The notes under the pieces: model-generated
What the model was told of the DNA's origin: nothing
Seen by the model: only the letters and a program-made list of their open reading frames with translations
Databases searched by the model: none
Assembly (NCBI RefSeq): GCF_009914755.1
Contig: NC_060925.1
Reading direction: 5' to 3' (one strand)
Length of the DNA: 64,000 nucleotides
Source of the DNA: the human T2T-CHM13v2.0 reference genome, Homo sapiens
In this document: in pieces, positions 43,619 to 57,260 of the stretch
Numbering within the stretch: the first letter of the stretch is position 1
How the letters are laid out: each line of letters begins with the position of its first letter
Position numbers and translations under genes: made by a program

Positions 43619-44693
43619 TCCCTACTGGAATCTTATATATTCTTAATGCAAACCTTTGTGTATTTTATATATTTAGCAACTACTTTCCCATTCATGCCTC
43701 ATCTTTTCTCTTTGTTTGTGGTGGCTTTTGTATATAGAAGTTTTTACTTCCCTCTGGAAAATGGAACCTGATTCAGGGGTGAAAGAGAGGAAAATTCAAG
43801 AGAGGTTATAAAAGTGGAGGAAATGGTGAGGTTTGGTGAACATTCCGACCTCCTTGTTTGCAAAGCAGGCTGGCTAAGCAGCGAGAACACTTAATTCTCT
43901 CTGCCGTGTCCATGACTAAATTTGTCTTCTGTAGTTTTTGAAGGCAGCCTCACGTTTGGCTTTGCATTTCCCACGACACCTACACAGCACCTGAGGGCCT
44001 GGGAGGCTGGTTTACTCCACACCTAGAAGCCAAGGACTGGCCATGGTTTGAGACATGATCCTCACTACCGGGGCAGGGAAATGAGGAAAATACTGGCAAT
44101 GGAGTGGGGTTCTTATAAAGCTCAGTTTATTCAGTTGAATAAACTTTCTTTTATCATGCATGTGTGTGTGTGTGTGTTTTTCCATAGGGTATGTGGTTAA
44201 AATTTCTTTTTATGCAGGGATAGTGGCATTAGATCATAAATTAATTGATTTCCAATGTTCTCATTTTGCCAAATAAAAAGTTGGCAACACTCTATCGATG
44301 CCTCGAAATTATTTTTATATTTTTCTGCTCAGTTAAATTAAAAAAAATATTTGAGAACAACTGTCATAGACAAAAGAGCTTTTAAGTCTCAAAAACATGT
44401 GTTTTCAGTTGGGTCACACATATTAGTTCTATGACCAGAATGCAAGTTACTGAACTTTGGAGAATATTGGTTTCTTCACTAAAATGGGATAATTACACCC
44501 ACCTTAGGGAGATTGTAAGGATCAAATGAGAGAATATCAGTAAGGGGCTCAGTTTCACATATGGTTCACTTCTGGTTTATTTTTCTGCCCTCTCCCTTCC
44601 TGGCAGGCAGGGACTAGATTTTACTTGCATGCTCTGACAATCATTCAGTTTAGACCTGGATCATAGTAGGTGCTCAAAAAATAGTCTGTTAAA

Positions 44694-45478
44694 AACCACC
44701 ATGAGATGCCATGTCACAGTCATTAGAATAGAATAACTACCATCAAAAAAAACAATAACAGAAAATAACAAGTGTTAATGAAGATGTAGAGAAATTGGAA
44801 TTCTTGTGCCTTACTGGTGGAAATGTGACATGGTGCAATTACAGAACAAAACAGTATGGTAGTTTATCAAAAAATATTGGATTACCATATGATTCAACAA
44901 TACTACTTCTGGGTGTATACCCCAAAGAAATGAGAGTAGGGACTTGAACAGATATTTGTACACCCACATTCATAGAAGCATTATTTATAACGGAAAAAAG
45001 GTGGAAGCTACTCAAGTGTCCATTAACAGATGAATGGATAAACAAAATGTGGCCTATACATACAATGAAATATTATTCAGCCTTAAAAACGAAGGAAATT
45101 CTGAGATATGTCACCGCATGGATGAACCTTGAGGACATCATATTAAGTAAAATAAGCCAGTTACAAAGGGGGAAAATACTGTATAATTCCACTCCTATGA
45201 GGAGCCTAGAGTAGTCAAGTTCATAGAAACAGGAAGCAGAATGGTGGTTGTGAGGAGCTGGGGAAAAGGAGAAATGGAGAGTTATTGTTTAATGAGTATG
45301 GAGTTTCAGTTTTGGAAGATGAAGAATGTTCTGGGGATGGATGGTGATGATGGTTGCACAACAGTGTGAATGAACTTAACTCCACTGAATTGCACACCTA
45401 AATATGGTTAACATAGTAAGTTTTATGTCCATTTTTCAACAATTAAAAGTAAAAATTTAAAATTTAACAAAAACGTTT
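44694..45478 (+). mobile_element. L1MB-like 3' end inserted into an L2 tail
   Basis: L1M ORF2 end and 3'UTR (ggatgaaccttgaggacat...ggatggtgatgatggttgcacaac); TSD aat(a/t)gtctgttaaa at 44680-44693 and 45479-45492. Confidence 0.88.
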
Positions 45479-47189
45479 AATTGTCTGTTAAATAAAAGAG
45501 CTAATGAATGAATGAGGAGAAGGATAGAGCCAAGAGGATGCCTAAGGCAAGAAACTTCCAAGCAAGGAAATAGCAAGTGTGTTTGCTCAGCCAAAACCAG
45601 CTAAGGGGTTTGCTCACCTGCTGTAGGTAAGAGAGGGGGATGGCAGAGGAAATGAGGGCTGAGGTGTTGCCAGGGGGCAGATCATGCAGGGCTGTACAGG
45701 ATTTTGCCTTTTATCTTAACTGAATATGATGGGATGTGATGGGAGGAAACAGGTAAGAGAGTAAATGAGTCAATGGAAGTGAGGAAGGAGTACTAGAAGT
45801 CCAGAAGTGTGTCCAGATGCTGAGGGCCTAGAGCAGAGGTTCTGTGTCCTCCACTCCCCAAGCACACACCTGCTCTCAGGACTGAGTTGACCCCTGGAAC
45901 ATCCCAGAACCCTGGATTATCTGATCAGACCCCTCCACCCTGGCATGTCCTAAGGATGATTTTGCCTGGACAGGGGAACATGTGTGTCTTCCCCAGTGAT
46001 GGCTGGGGCTCTGGCACAAATGCAGATCATTACTCTTGGTTTCTAATGTGGGAGGAGGAAGTGTGAAGGGTGGAGGAGGTGTTTCTTTTATCACACAATT
46101 AGATTAGAAACTGGCTGGCTGCTCAGGGCAGGGTTCCACCCAAACTAGGCCTACAGGAGAGTTGTCCTGCTGGGTGGCCCCATCTCAGTCTTCAGGGGCT
46201 TAATGTTTTTAGACCTGACTTCTTCACTGTTCAAATTCTTGAGAAAAGGCATATAGTGTGGTTCACATGAAAACTCAAACCAGATTCCAAAAACTCACTT
46301 TGAGTCCTCATATCATTCATGTATTCATTTATTAATTCATTCACTCATTCAACATTTACTGAGCACCTACTATGTGTCAAACACTATGCCAGGCATTGGG
46401 AATACACACATAGACTCTAACCTTGAGTTGCTCACAGAATCAATGGTGGAATAAAATAAACCTTGAATTATACTACAGTGAGTTAAGTACTATGACAAAA
46501 CGGTAATAAAAAAATAAAACTAAGTTAGCCAATATTTATTCTTACTACATACTTACTATATGCCAGGCATTGCTTTAATTGATTTGTATATATGGACTTA
46601 TTTTTTCCCTAGGCAAACCCTATGTGGTGGGCACTATTATCAGCCCACTTTATAGATGACGATACTGACTCACCAAGAGTATTAAGTGGCAAGCACACAA
46701 TGCAGCTAGAAACTAGGGCAACCAGGAATAGCCCTGCTTATAACTCTCTGCTGCTTCTAGAGGTATGGGAACACAGAGAAGGACTGGCTAGGTATGTTTC
46801 ACAGAGAAGGTGATGACTGGACTGATTGTTGCAGGATGAGAAGTTGGCCAATCAGAGGAAGATGGGGGCAGAGGATTGGTGAGGATTTTCACCCGTCGAA
46901 AGTTTCAAACAGAACTGTAAGTGGAAAGCAGGGAAGCATGACAGGGCATGTGCATTCCAGAGAATGTAAGAAGGGGAGAAGCAGGAGATGAGCTGGGAGA
47001 GAGGGCCTGGGCCGGGATGCCTGGTGAGAAGGGAGCTCATTTCTTTAGGCACTAGAGTCCAATGTGCTTTTTTACCCCTGAAGTGATGTGATCACAGTCA
47101 GCACTTTAGGATTTTTGCAGGAGATTTATTCATGGTTTGGGTGGACTAATACTAGCCAATATGTGAATCACAATAAATTCTCTCTGACC

Positions 47190-47708
47190 TGGTGATTCTC
47201 CATTTGTACCCCCTTCCCAACCAGATCTGTTCTCTGGTCTGCACTGTGCCATCTGCACTGTGCCATAGAGAGGTTAATGCCCCTGATTGCCTCGGGGGAC
47301 TCCTTTGCCTCCTATCTTCCAGTTGGGTTTAGCCAGTGGTAGGCATCGGCAAGAGATTAAAGGGTGGGAGGAGAAAGAGGTTGGGAATTTCCTCCAGCTC
47401 TTTCCCTGCTTCTGTGCCAGGGTCTGCCAGTGGCCGGGTTCCTCTGCAACCGTAGTTCCTGCCAGCAGCCCCTCCTCCATGGCTTCAGCAACATCTCACC
47501 CTCTTCCTGTCCTTGCAGATTCAGGGTAGCAATGGTTCCCTGGTGTTGCAAGTCTCTGAGTGCTTCAGCATCTCTCATTGGTTTCCTTAGCTCTGTCCCT
47601 ATCCCTATAAATTGTTGTCCCTTCATCAAATCCCACTTCCAAGTCCGCGCTGCATGAGCCTTCTTTTTCTTGATCATAACTAGTCATGCTGAGAACTTAC
47701 CCGATACC
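47190..47708 (+). mobile_element. LTR33-like ERVL solo LTR
   Basis: ttccagttgggtttagccagtggtaggcatcggcaagagatt...ctcattggtttccttagctctgtccc...cccttcatcaaa. Confidence 0.6.
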
Positions 47709-47989
47709 AATTACCATTTATTGAGTACCTACTGTGTACTTGGGGCTTCAAATGCATTTTTTTTTTCCATTTAATTTTCACCACAGCTCCATGAGTTATG
47801 GACCATTTATATCCATTTCAGGAATCCCAAAAACAAGGCAGGCATACATTTAACATAGATGTTAAGTAACTTGCCCAAAATTATATAAGCCTTTTGTCCA
47901 GAGTTACACAGTTAGTCAGGAGCAAAGTTAAAATTCACACCCAGGTCTCTGGACTCTAAAACTCATCCTCTTTCTGTTGCTCTGCGGTC

Positions 47990-49140
47990 ACTGAGTCAAT
48001 TCTTATAAATGCTTAATTTGTCAGACTCTGGAAAACCAGTAACGGTAGCAGTAGTAAAATCTCTAGAGGAAGAGGGGATAGGGTATTCCGTGGAGGCTAT
48101 AGGTCTTCTTGAGGAATGGTGGATCTTTAAGTAAAAGTTCCAGAACTTTGCCATTCCTGCATTGGTGGAAAACGCAATGGCAGGTGATTCACCAAAATAT
48201 CCCTTGCTTCACAATGTGCAGTTCCTCTGTGGAGGGGAACTTAGCCCTTACTGAGTTCAGAAAGAAGAAGAAACTCATCCATCCAAGACCCACAGCAGAA
48301 AGCATAAGGGTTTATTTATAGAGAAGAATTTTATTATTTTTAAAAATCACTTGTGGGCTTCTGCACCAAAGCGTAGGAAAAAGCATGTGTTGGTTGCCAA
48401 GGGTCAAGGGAAACCACCTTGTTTTCTTGACAGCGCTGTGGCTGAAACAGCCCTTCCCAAAAACAATACGTTGGGGGAAGAAAGGCAAAACCAGTGGGAG
48501 GCCTGAAAATGCTGTGGTTTGCTTTTTATTTTATTTTTTTCCAGTGTCTTTGGGGCTGAAAAAGGCAGTGGAATGAATTCCACAACTAGTTTAAAATGCA
48601 GTGCCTCTTGCACTGGGAGCTCCGGGGGCTGCCCTCACATGACTCATGCCTTCCCCAACTCACCTCAGACCTCTCGTCCAGGCCCATCTGTCAAGGATAA
48701 TAACAATAACACAGAAGTGATGCTGCCTTCACCTCCACCGTAGACTGCAGCGGCTCTTTCTGTTTCCTAAAACTCTTTCATAGTCTAACAAAAATGGCTG
48801 CCTTTCTCCTAAGTGCCAGGCTCCTTACTCTTAGGATTTTATCTCATCTGAACCACAACCTTTTGGAGACATCATTGTTATGCTCATTTGACAGATGAAG
48901 GAAGCCAGGCTCAGATGATTAAATACCATGCCCCAAATCACACAGCAAGGAGACAAGCTGAGATGTGAAGTCGGTGGTCTTATGCTTCAGAACAGTTCTG
49001 GGAATTCGCATTGTCTTCTCATTTTCCGAGGAGGAAACCAAAGTAGAGAGGTGGAGAGGATACTACAGACCAGGGCTCAGGGTGGCCCAGGCAGTGCTAT
49101 CTCCAGGCACATGGTTCTGTCTCCTGAGGCTGTGACTCAT
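47990..49140. promoter_or_regulatory. Candidate AP-1/TEAD/RUNX enhancer
   Basis: TGAGTCA 47992, ATGACTCAT 48639, TGACTCA 49133; CATTCC 48152 and GGAATG about 48570; TGTGGTT about 48513 and AACCACA 48851. Motifs only. Confidence 0.4.
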
Positions 49141-50356
49141 GACGGTGCCAGACCATCAGCTAGACAAACCGCCACCCACTGGGCCACTCCAGCCAATTGC
49201 AAACCTTTGGCTTCAGAACCAAACATGTGTCCATATTGGCTCGGATATATCCACAGCCTTGCCTTGTAATGCCATCGGGCCCTCTGTATATTTTAAAAGC
49301 AGATGCCTCAGACCTCCAAAAGGCCAAGGGTTGCTTCTCGAATCTGACCTAAAAGGGCCTAACCTCAAGGACAGATCTGAATTCACCTGACATACAGCCC
49401 CAGGAGGAATCACAGAGAAAATGCTCTTACCTGGAACACCTCTACACAGACTGTTGCTGTCCTGCATGCTGCTTGCATTGAACTATGTCATTCACCAGCT
49501 GTGTGTCCCCAGACAAGGTACTGAACCTCTCTGAGCCTCACTTTCTTCAGAGGACCAGTTTAAGTTTTCACAGTCAGGAATTCATTCCTTCTAAAAACCT
49601 GTGCTAAGGAGACATGGCAAGGTGTTCTGGGCCTACAGAGACATGGGCAGAACTGGGGCAGAAGAGCAAAATGGATACTAAAGCTCTAAACCTGCCCACC
49701 AAGGTTCATAGTTTATTTTAAATTGGGGCTGTTTTGTGCCATTGCAAAGGAGGGTGAATATGCTTACAGTTATAAAATTCTGCTCTTCTTTCACAGAATT
49801 TCAGAGTAGATGGGTTGGTACAAGCTATCTTGTCTGACCACCTCCACATGGTATAGAGATTAAGGCCAGGAAAGGGAAGCCCTGGCTTGACACCTCACAA
49901 GGGCTTGAACCCAGACACAGTGCTCTTTCCAATGAGGGTCACTGCCAATCTAAAGAATTCTCTCATCTGCATATTGGACTAGGAACCTCTAACTCATAGC
50001 ACTTTTCTGAGGATAATAAGAAAAAAGGGATAGGAAAATGTTTTGTACACAAATGCAGTACATGTCTGACAAGAGGTATTATTAATTTCAAATAGTCATG
50101 TGATGCTTCTTCAGTGACGCTGAAGAAGGGACCTGTGGCAGGGCTTCTAGGAGGTATGGCTCAACAAGTGTGCTTTAATTTGTCTTTAGTCAGTATACTG
50201 ACATTATTTAGAAAGTTTAATCAACGTTGAAGGTAGAGAATATCTGATTTGTTTGTCAAAATGAGTGCCTGCATGTTGAAAGTTATGGTTTACCAAGAGT
50301 CCCCAACCTGTATGTCTATAGGAACCTGGAGATTAAAGCCTGAAAGTGAGTGGTAA

Positions 50357-50746
<390 letters not shown>

Positions 50747-51664
50747 TGAGCCCATCCAAAAATGTATCTTCAAGTCTGATCTAGCCTGTGGGCCACCTCT
50801 ACTATTGTAGGTGTTCATATTGTGTAGTTTCTTTCCTCTGCACTATTGGCATCTTCTTCCCTTTGTCCAATGGACACCATGACCATGTTACCATGACTTA
50901 GCCCTGAGACCAGGGTGGCAGGCCAAAGATGTTGGAAGGCAGAAAGAACACACACCCATCTGGTGGCTTAAGGTTGGATCTCAACTCTGCCTGCCATCTA
51001 CTAGCTGAGCAAGGGACATAAACTCTCTGATCAAGCCTCGGTTTCATTTGTAAACATATATATATAATACCCACCACCCAAGGTTGTGGTAAGGAATAAA
51101 AGAGATGATAGGTATGAAAGGTTCAGCCCATAGAAGATGTTCAAATATGGTAGCTTCCTTCTACTTATTACAAATCCTACCTACTATTCAAAACTCGATA
51201 CAGGCTGCAGCCTCTCCAGCCTTCTCTGACCTCCTCAGCTGATGGGGCACTTTCTCTTCTGAATTGCATTTGCCCTTCATGGCTTGTGAATTAGTAAACA
51301 ATCCTTGGCATTACTAGGCAACTTTTCATGTGTATGTGTGATATATTGCCACAATTTGGTCATCAGCTCCTTAAAGGCACTTTTCTCCTTCTCATGAGCT
51401 TAATTCCTTATCTTTTACTGTTGAGTAGGCACTGCCTTGTGCGAAATTTTCTCATAACAACCATGTAAGGGAGAGGGCATGCACCATGAACTGGACGCTC
51501 TGATGAGGCAACTGGCTCACAAAGTTGGATAGCTAGAAAGAAATCAGTAAGCATATAGTGTTCACGGTCACCAAGCAGACCAAGCAAGATAGTGCGGATG
51601 ATCAAACTTAATCCCACTTCCACTTCCATAAAAATAATGCAAAGTGCAATTTTCTGAGGGAAAG

Positions 51665-52214
51665 TGCGGTCGGCTAAAAAATGTCCCCCTAAGATATCAG
51701 GTCCTCATCCCTGAAAGCTGTGATTATTTCCTTAAATGGAAAAAGGTGTGATTAAGTTAAGGAGCTTGAGTTAGTGAGATTACTTTGAATAGTCCAGAGG
51801 GGTCCTAAATGCAATCACAAATGCCCTTTTAAGAGAGAGGCAGAGGGAGATTTGACACAGACAGAAAAGAAGGCAATGTGTGGAAAGAAGCAGAGAGGGA
51901 GATTAGACTGCTCCAAAGCAGCCATGGGTGCTGAATCAGAGAAAGAGATGCTACGCTGCTGGCTGTGAAGATGGAGGAAGGGGCCATGACCCAAGGAATA
52001 CAAGGAATGCATCTCTAGACACTGGAAAAGGCAAGGAAATTGAGTCTCCCCAGGAGCCTCTGCAGAGAGTGCGGCCCTTCCAACACCTTGATTTCAGCCC
52101 AGGGACACTGATTTCAGACCTGTGACCTCCAGAACTGTAAGAGAACAAATGTGTGTTGTTGTAAGCCACCAAGTTTGTGGTAATTTGTTACAGCGTCAAT
52201 AGGAAACTATGACA
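51665..52214 (+). mobile_element. MaLR solo LTR, MLT1D/E-like
   Basis: TG...CA ends; gtgtgattaagttaaggagcttgag...ctccagaactgtaagagaacaaat...gtaatttgttacagc...ggaaactatgaca. Confidence 0.85.
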
Positions 52215-53599
52215 TCAAGTGAAGGGGAAAAAATAGCAGAAATAAAGAAATAAGAATGAGGCATGGAACTAATGTGGGGGATTTGAAATAACCCTGCACA
52301 AAATCTCCACGGACCTGAGTGCTTGTCTCAGTAATTTCACCAGCTGGCTATTTCATCTTGAGCAGATCACTTCACCTCTGTGAGCCAGAATCTCCTCATC
52401 TGTAAAATAGGATAAAAACCTAACTGTCATATGTAGATGCTCGAAAAAGGGCAGCTGCTATTACATTAATATTAAAGAATGACAAAACATGGCCGGGTGG
52501 TGGAGGTGGGTTCTAACTCTCCTTTCGTGGAACGCAATAGCTGAACCGATGTGACCCACTGATGAAATTCAATAGGAACCCTCTATACTCACTTTACAAG
52601 GAGAGAAAGAAGTCAAAAGATAGAGATGTATTAATTTTATGTTTTGCCTTCATACTTTTTCAACCTTATACTTTCATTTAGGTCTTTGGCTTTTGCCCAT
52701 CCCAGAAACCTGTTAAGATGGCATGCGACTTAGCACAAAATTATACATTTAGTCATTTCAAGTTTAAAAAAGAAAATATTATGCCTATAGGTGATATTCT
52801 GCAGTGACCACCAAGACCCCAGGACTCTTCACATGAACCTGTCTTTGAGCCACTGGTAGAACCTAACTGACACTCTGAGATTGTTCTGCCACCTACTAGC
52901 TGGGTGAGCTTCGGGAAGATCGTCATCTGCTCTCTGACTCAGTTACTTCGTCTGTAAAATGGGAATACCAGCTTCCTCAAAGGGTGCTTTTGTGGAGAGG
53001 TTAAAATAACACAGGGAAAGCACTTAGCTTGAGCATATATAGTCAGTGCTCATTAATTAGTAATTTCTTAGCACTATTATTGTTATTATTGTTACTCAGC
53101 TCTCAGGGAACCTAATTAACTGTAGTAAAATTTCGACTCCTGTATTTTTGAACCAGTTAGCTTCTGTAGGCAGGAACCTTCTGTTACTCAAAACAGCAGA
53201 GCTTAGTGATTAAGAGAAATGAAGATAGAGGCTGTAGTTTGCATTCTATTCTCACCGTTTATTGTGTGGTACTGTGTGATACTGAGCCAATCACGTAAGC
53301 TCTGATCCTCCGCTTCCTCATCCTCATCTGTAATATGAAATGATAATGGTATTTATCTCACAGAATTGTTATGCGGAATATATAATACAGTGCTTTTGAA
53401 GCTGGCATACGCAGGTAGTAGGCACTCAGTCAATATTCAATGAATTAAATTCCTTCACTTGAATTTCCATTTAAAAACGCAGAAAAAAGTCTACAGATCT
53501 GAAGCAAAGAATGTTATTGGGCTCTTCACCACTTGTGAAAACTGCAGCTTGGTGCCCCACCCCTGTGCTCATTTTATAAGGCACAGGGTTTTCAGTTAT

Positions 53600-54200
53600 T
53601 CTCGGTGTTTCTAGGAGGTTGACTTCTCAGGAAACGGTACCTGTCTCTCCCAGAAACCTGGGGTGTTTGCCTGGAGAAAAATCCCTTAGCCAAGAGACCG
53701 TTGTGACCTTTCACAGGCAAATTTACTCACAGCCTAGGGTGGGAAGAGGCCTAGGGAGCTCCCCTTCCAAGGGCACCGGGCTATGGGAATTTCCTCCAGG
53801 GCCTTCCTGGGCCGGCCCTGGCCGCGCCTCACTGAGCTCCTTGCAGTTTCTGTCAGCGCTGAAACTGCTGTGGAAAGTTCAGCTCGAGAAGAGGGAACTA
53901 GGGTGTTTTGCTTTTTTTCTTTCTTTTTGAAAGTTGAACAACCCTAAGACTTGATTTAGAAATCTTAACCCAAGCCAAATGCTTTTCTGATGGGTGACCA
54001 CCCCAAGGAGCAACCAGGCAGGGTACTTTGACTTTGCAAGGACACTGACACTGGCAGGAGCCAGATCTCTCCAGAAAGCAAACGGCGCAGGTTCACACGC
54101 CACCAGGGACGTGTGCTGGAATGTTGCTTTGTTTTTGACTCTGAATTTACGGTCTCACTCCTCCTTCCCCGCCCCCTGGAACGCGATTTATTATTATGCA
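53600..54200 (+). promoter_or_regulatory. CpG-enriched promoter/enhancer-like unique sequence
   Basis: About 14 CpGs in 53760-54190 against a CpG-depleted background; NF-kB GGGAATTTCC 53785-53794; STAT6-type TTCTCAGGAA 53624-53633; GC-box CCCCGCCCCC about 54167. Confidence 0.5.
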
Positions 54201-54452
54201 GACCTAGTGGCTTTTCTCCAACTTTATTTCTTTTTTCAGAAATAAACAAGGGTTTTACAGCTCCATAACCTCTCCAAAGTTTGTTTATTCTTCCCTCTGT
54301 ATAGTGTGGGCCATGTTCGTTCCCTGGGAAAGTCTCTTCCCTAATTATTTTCACATTTTAACAGCTTTTGTTTCTTCTTTCTGTGAGGTTTATGAAAATG
54401 CTGACGGTGGATTTGCTTCAGGCTAAATTGTACCATAAACATTTTCTCCTAG

Positions 54453-54631
54453 GCACATGGGAGCCTCGGTGACCAGGGACCATGTTGCTATTCCTTATTG
54501 TGTACCATGCCAGAAGGAAATTTTAAAATCCTGAAATACTCTTTTTGATGGCTGGAAGAAAAATATGTAAATTGGTAATACAGAGAAAATCTGCTAATCT
54601 TGTACAAGGAATTTTGGACAATATCATGTAG
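54453..54631 (+). ncRNA. Candidate 179-nt non-coding exon (lncRNA)
   Basis: Branch-like gctaaat about 54422, acceptor attttctcctAG (54451-54452), donor TAG|GTAAGA (54632); no long ORF. Confidence 0.45.
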
Positions 54632-54959
54632 GTAAGAGCCAGCTGTGAAAAGGGCTGCCTCAAACGCTGAGCTTTCATTTTAGGTTGAGCTCTTTCTGCC
54701 TCCAACCACAGACTGAAATTTGTTGTGTTTTAAGGAAATAAAGATTTTTAAAATGAAAGGCTAGTATGTTTTAGCAAAATCTTGGGATTCTGGGATAGGT
54801 AAATGTTTGTTTCAGGCAGAAGGTGTAAACCTAATCTTGATGTCTGCATATTTGGTTTGAAGACTGAAGAATCTTTCTACCAATAGCAATCCTGAATTCT
54901 AGGAGACATGGAGGCTCAAAAAGATGGTGTATAGTTTCTTTCTCTCATTGTTATATGGT

Positions 54960-55860
54960 TCTCAGTGCCTCGCTTGTTTCTGTACAACCTCTCCCTCCAT
55001 CCACCTCTGGATAGTGCTACCACCTATGGCTCCAGGAGCTCAGATTCATGTGCCCAGGCTGCCATAGCATCTCACCTGATATCAGACAGAAACCTCAAAC
55101 CCACCCTGTTCAAAATGGAATTTTTGCTCTTTTCCCCAATCTGTTCTCTCTCCAAATTCCCCACCTGGTGACACCATCATCCCCAAAAGCCCTTGCAGGA
55201 AGCCTGGAGTCCTTCTAACTCTCTGCTGTCTTATCTGATCAGGCCTTGAGTTCTGTTTATTCTATCTGCCCAATATCTCTCAAATTTGTCCACCTTTCTC
55301 TTTCCCCACAGCCATTTGCCTCATTCAGACTCTTACTGCCCCTCACCTAGACCAGTGCTACAGCCTCCTTGCTGGTCTCCATCAAATCTCACTCTCTCTA
55401 CCCCCCATGAAAAGAATCTCCTCCAGAGCTACAAGAGTGTTCTGACCGCAGTATCATTGCTTCCCTGCTTAGAAACCACCTATGTTCCTCTCACCCTATG
55501 CAGCTGGTCCAAGACCTGGAGCGTGGCACTCAGAGCCCTCCCTGAGCCAGTCCCAGGCTTGCTCTGCCACTCAATGGCCACATCCACATGCCCTTTGACA
55601 TGTGGCCACTCCCTGAAACACTTGCCATGCTCTTCTGTGCTTCATGCTGGTCCCTTGACTTAGGGTGCTCTTCTCCCTCTTCTCTAGCTGGAAAAACAAA
55701 ACAAAACAAAACAAAAAAACACCCTCCTTATGCTTAAAGGCCCAATTCAAACCCCAGCTCCTCTATGAAGCCTTCCTGAATTCCCCTAAGCAGAGTGCTG
55801 CTCCCTCCAAGTATTTCTGAAGCAGCTTGTACACATCTTCACACTATATCCCTTCTACCC
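54960..55860 (+). mobile_element. L2 (long sense fragment)
   Basis: cagacagaaacctcaaacccaccctgttcaaaatggaa...tgtccacctttctc...ctcctctatgaagccttcctga. Confidence 0.7.
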
Positions 55861-57009
55861 ATTGTAGAGTCTGGCCTATGGGAGAGACTTAAGACGGACA
55901 TAGGAGGCCTTACTGAGCCTGTTTCAAGAGAGGCCCATGTGGGGATGTGCTCGTGGTGATGAGGGTGAACACATGGCTTCCAGCATTGCTTGGAACACCA
56001 TGGATAGAGCTTTGTCTAGGTCTGAGGGTGACTGAGGAGACTGGAACAGGGCAGGGGCTGCTATTATAGGCAGCAAATTGTGTCCCCTTCAGAGATCCCC
56101 TTGGAGAATAAAAGGGAAATCAGCTTGGACCTCCCCCAACTCCAGGTGCCACGGATTGTCTGGATCCTCCTGCCACCAAGTACCTCCATCCCCTTGGACC
56201 CATGTAGGGTCAAGCCTAAATTTGTCATGTCCCTTAAACATGAGGAATTAAAGTAAGCGCCAGCCTGGCTCAGGCTCCCACCTCCCCCGACTCTGATCTG
56301 GCCCTGACTCAGCTTCTGTTGCATAGGAGGAAGTCCCAGGATGCTTCCAAGATGATCTCACTTGTGCCTGTTGGCACATGTTTCATTTAGGAATAGGATA
56401 GCAAAGAGGCTCTGGGGTTGAGGGCAGGGGTCCCCCTGCTAAGACTTGAATGAGACAGTAAGGATTCTCAGGTCTGAGAGGCCTAAATTCCAGTGCTTGA
56501 TTCACTCATGCAAACTCACTCTTCAGAGAGCCTACTCTATGCCAGGCATTGAAGCCAGCATCCTTGTCGTACAAGAACTCTTAACTCTGTGTGGGAGGTG
56601 ACTTCAGGGGTCTGCCCAACCCCTGTCTGTATGATAGGGATTAGCACCCTTGCTCTGTTTGCAGTACAGGGGTGTGAGGACCTGCTCTGTAGACCCCTGG
56701 GTCAAAGTTAGGGATGCGACATGTGCCAGGTGCAGTGTCTAGCACACTGTGGATGCTCAATAAATATCCATTGAGAGCATGAGAATAAATGAATGGTTTC
56801 TGCTCTCAGCCTTATTAGGGAAGGGCATGACCATTTACAGAACACCCGCTGTGCTTCACTGATGTCACAGCAGCGTGCACACAACTACAGCCAAGCCTTC
56901 CACCACACTGTCTCCCTCTGGGTCTTTGTGTGCCTCTGATGTCTTTTTCTTGCTGTCATGATCTCTTTTCTCTTTGCCCACTTCACTCTCACTCCTATGC
57001 AGGTGTCCA

Positions 57010-57015
57010 CCTCTC

Positions 57016-57049
<34 letters not shown>

Positions 57050-57050
57050 C
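57010..57050. repeat. (CT)n microsatellite
   Basis: Direct inspection. Confidence 0.9.
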
Positions 57051-57078
57051 CCTCTTGTGTTTAAAAGTGAAACAGCAG

Positions 57079-57260
<182 letters not shown>

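Noticed and set aside
47238-47265. Perfect 14-bp tandem duplication (tctgcactgtgcca x2)
   Set aside because: Ordinary slippage-type duplication inside an old LTR; no array structure.
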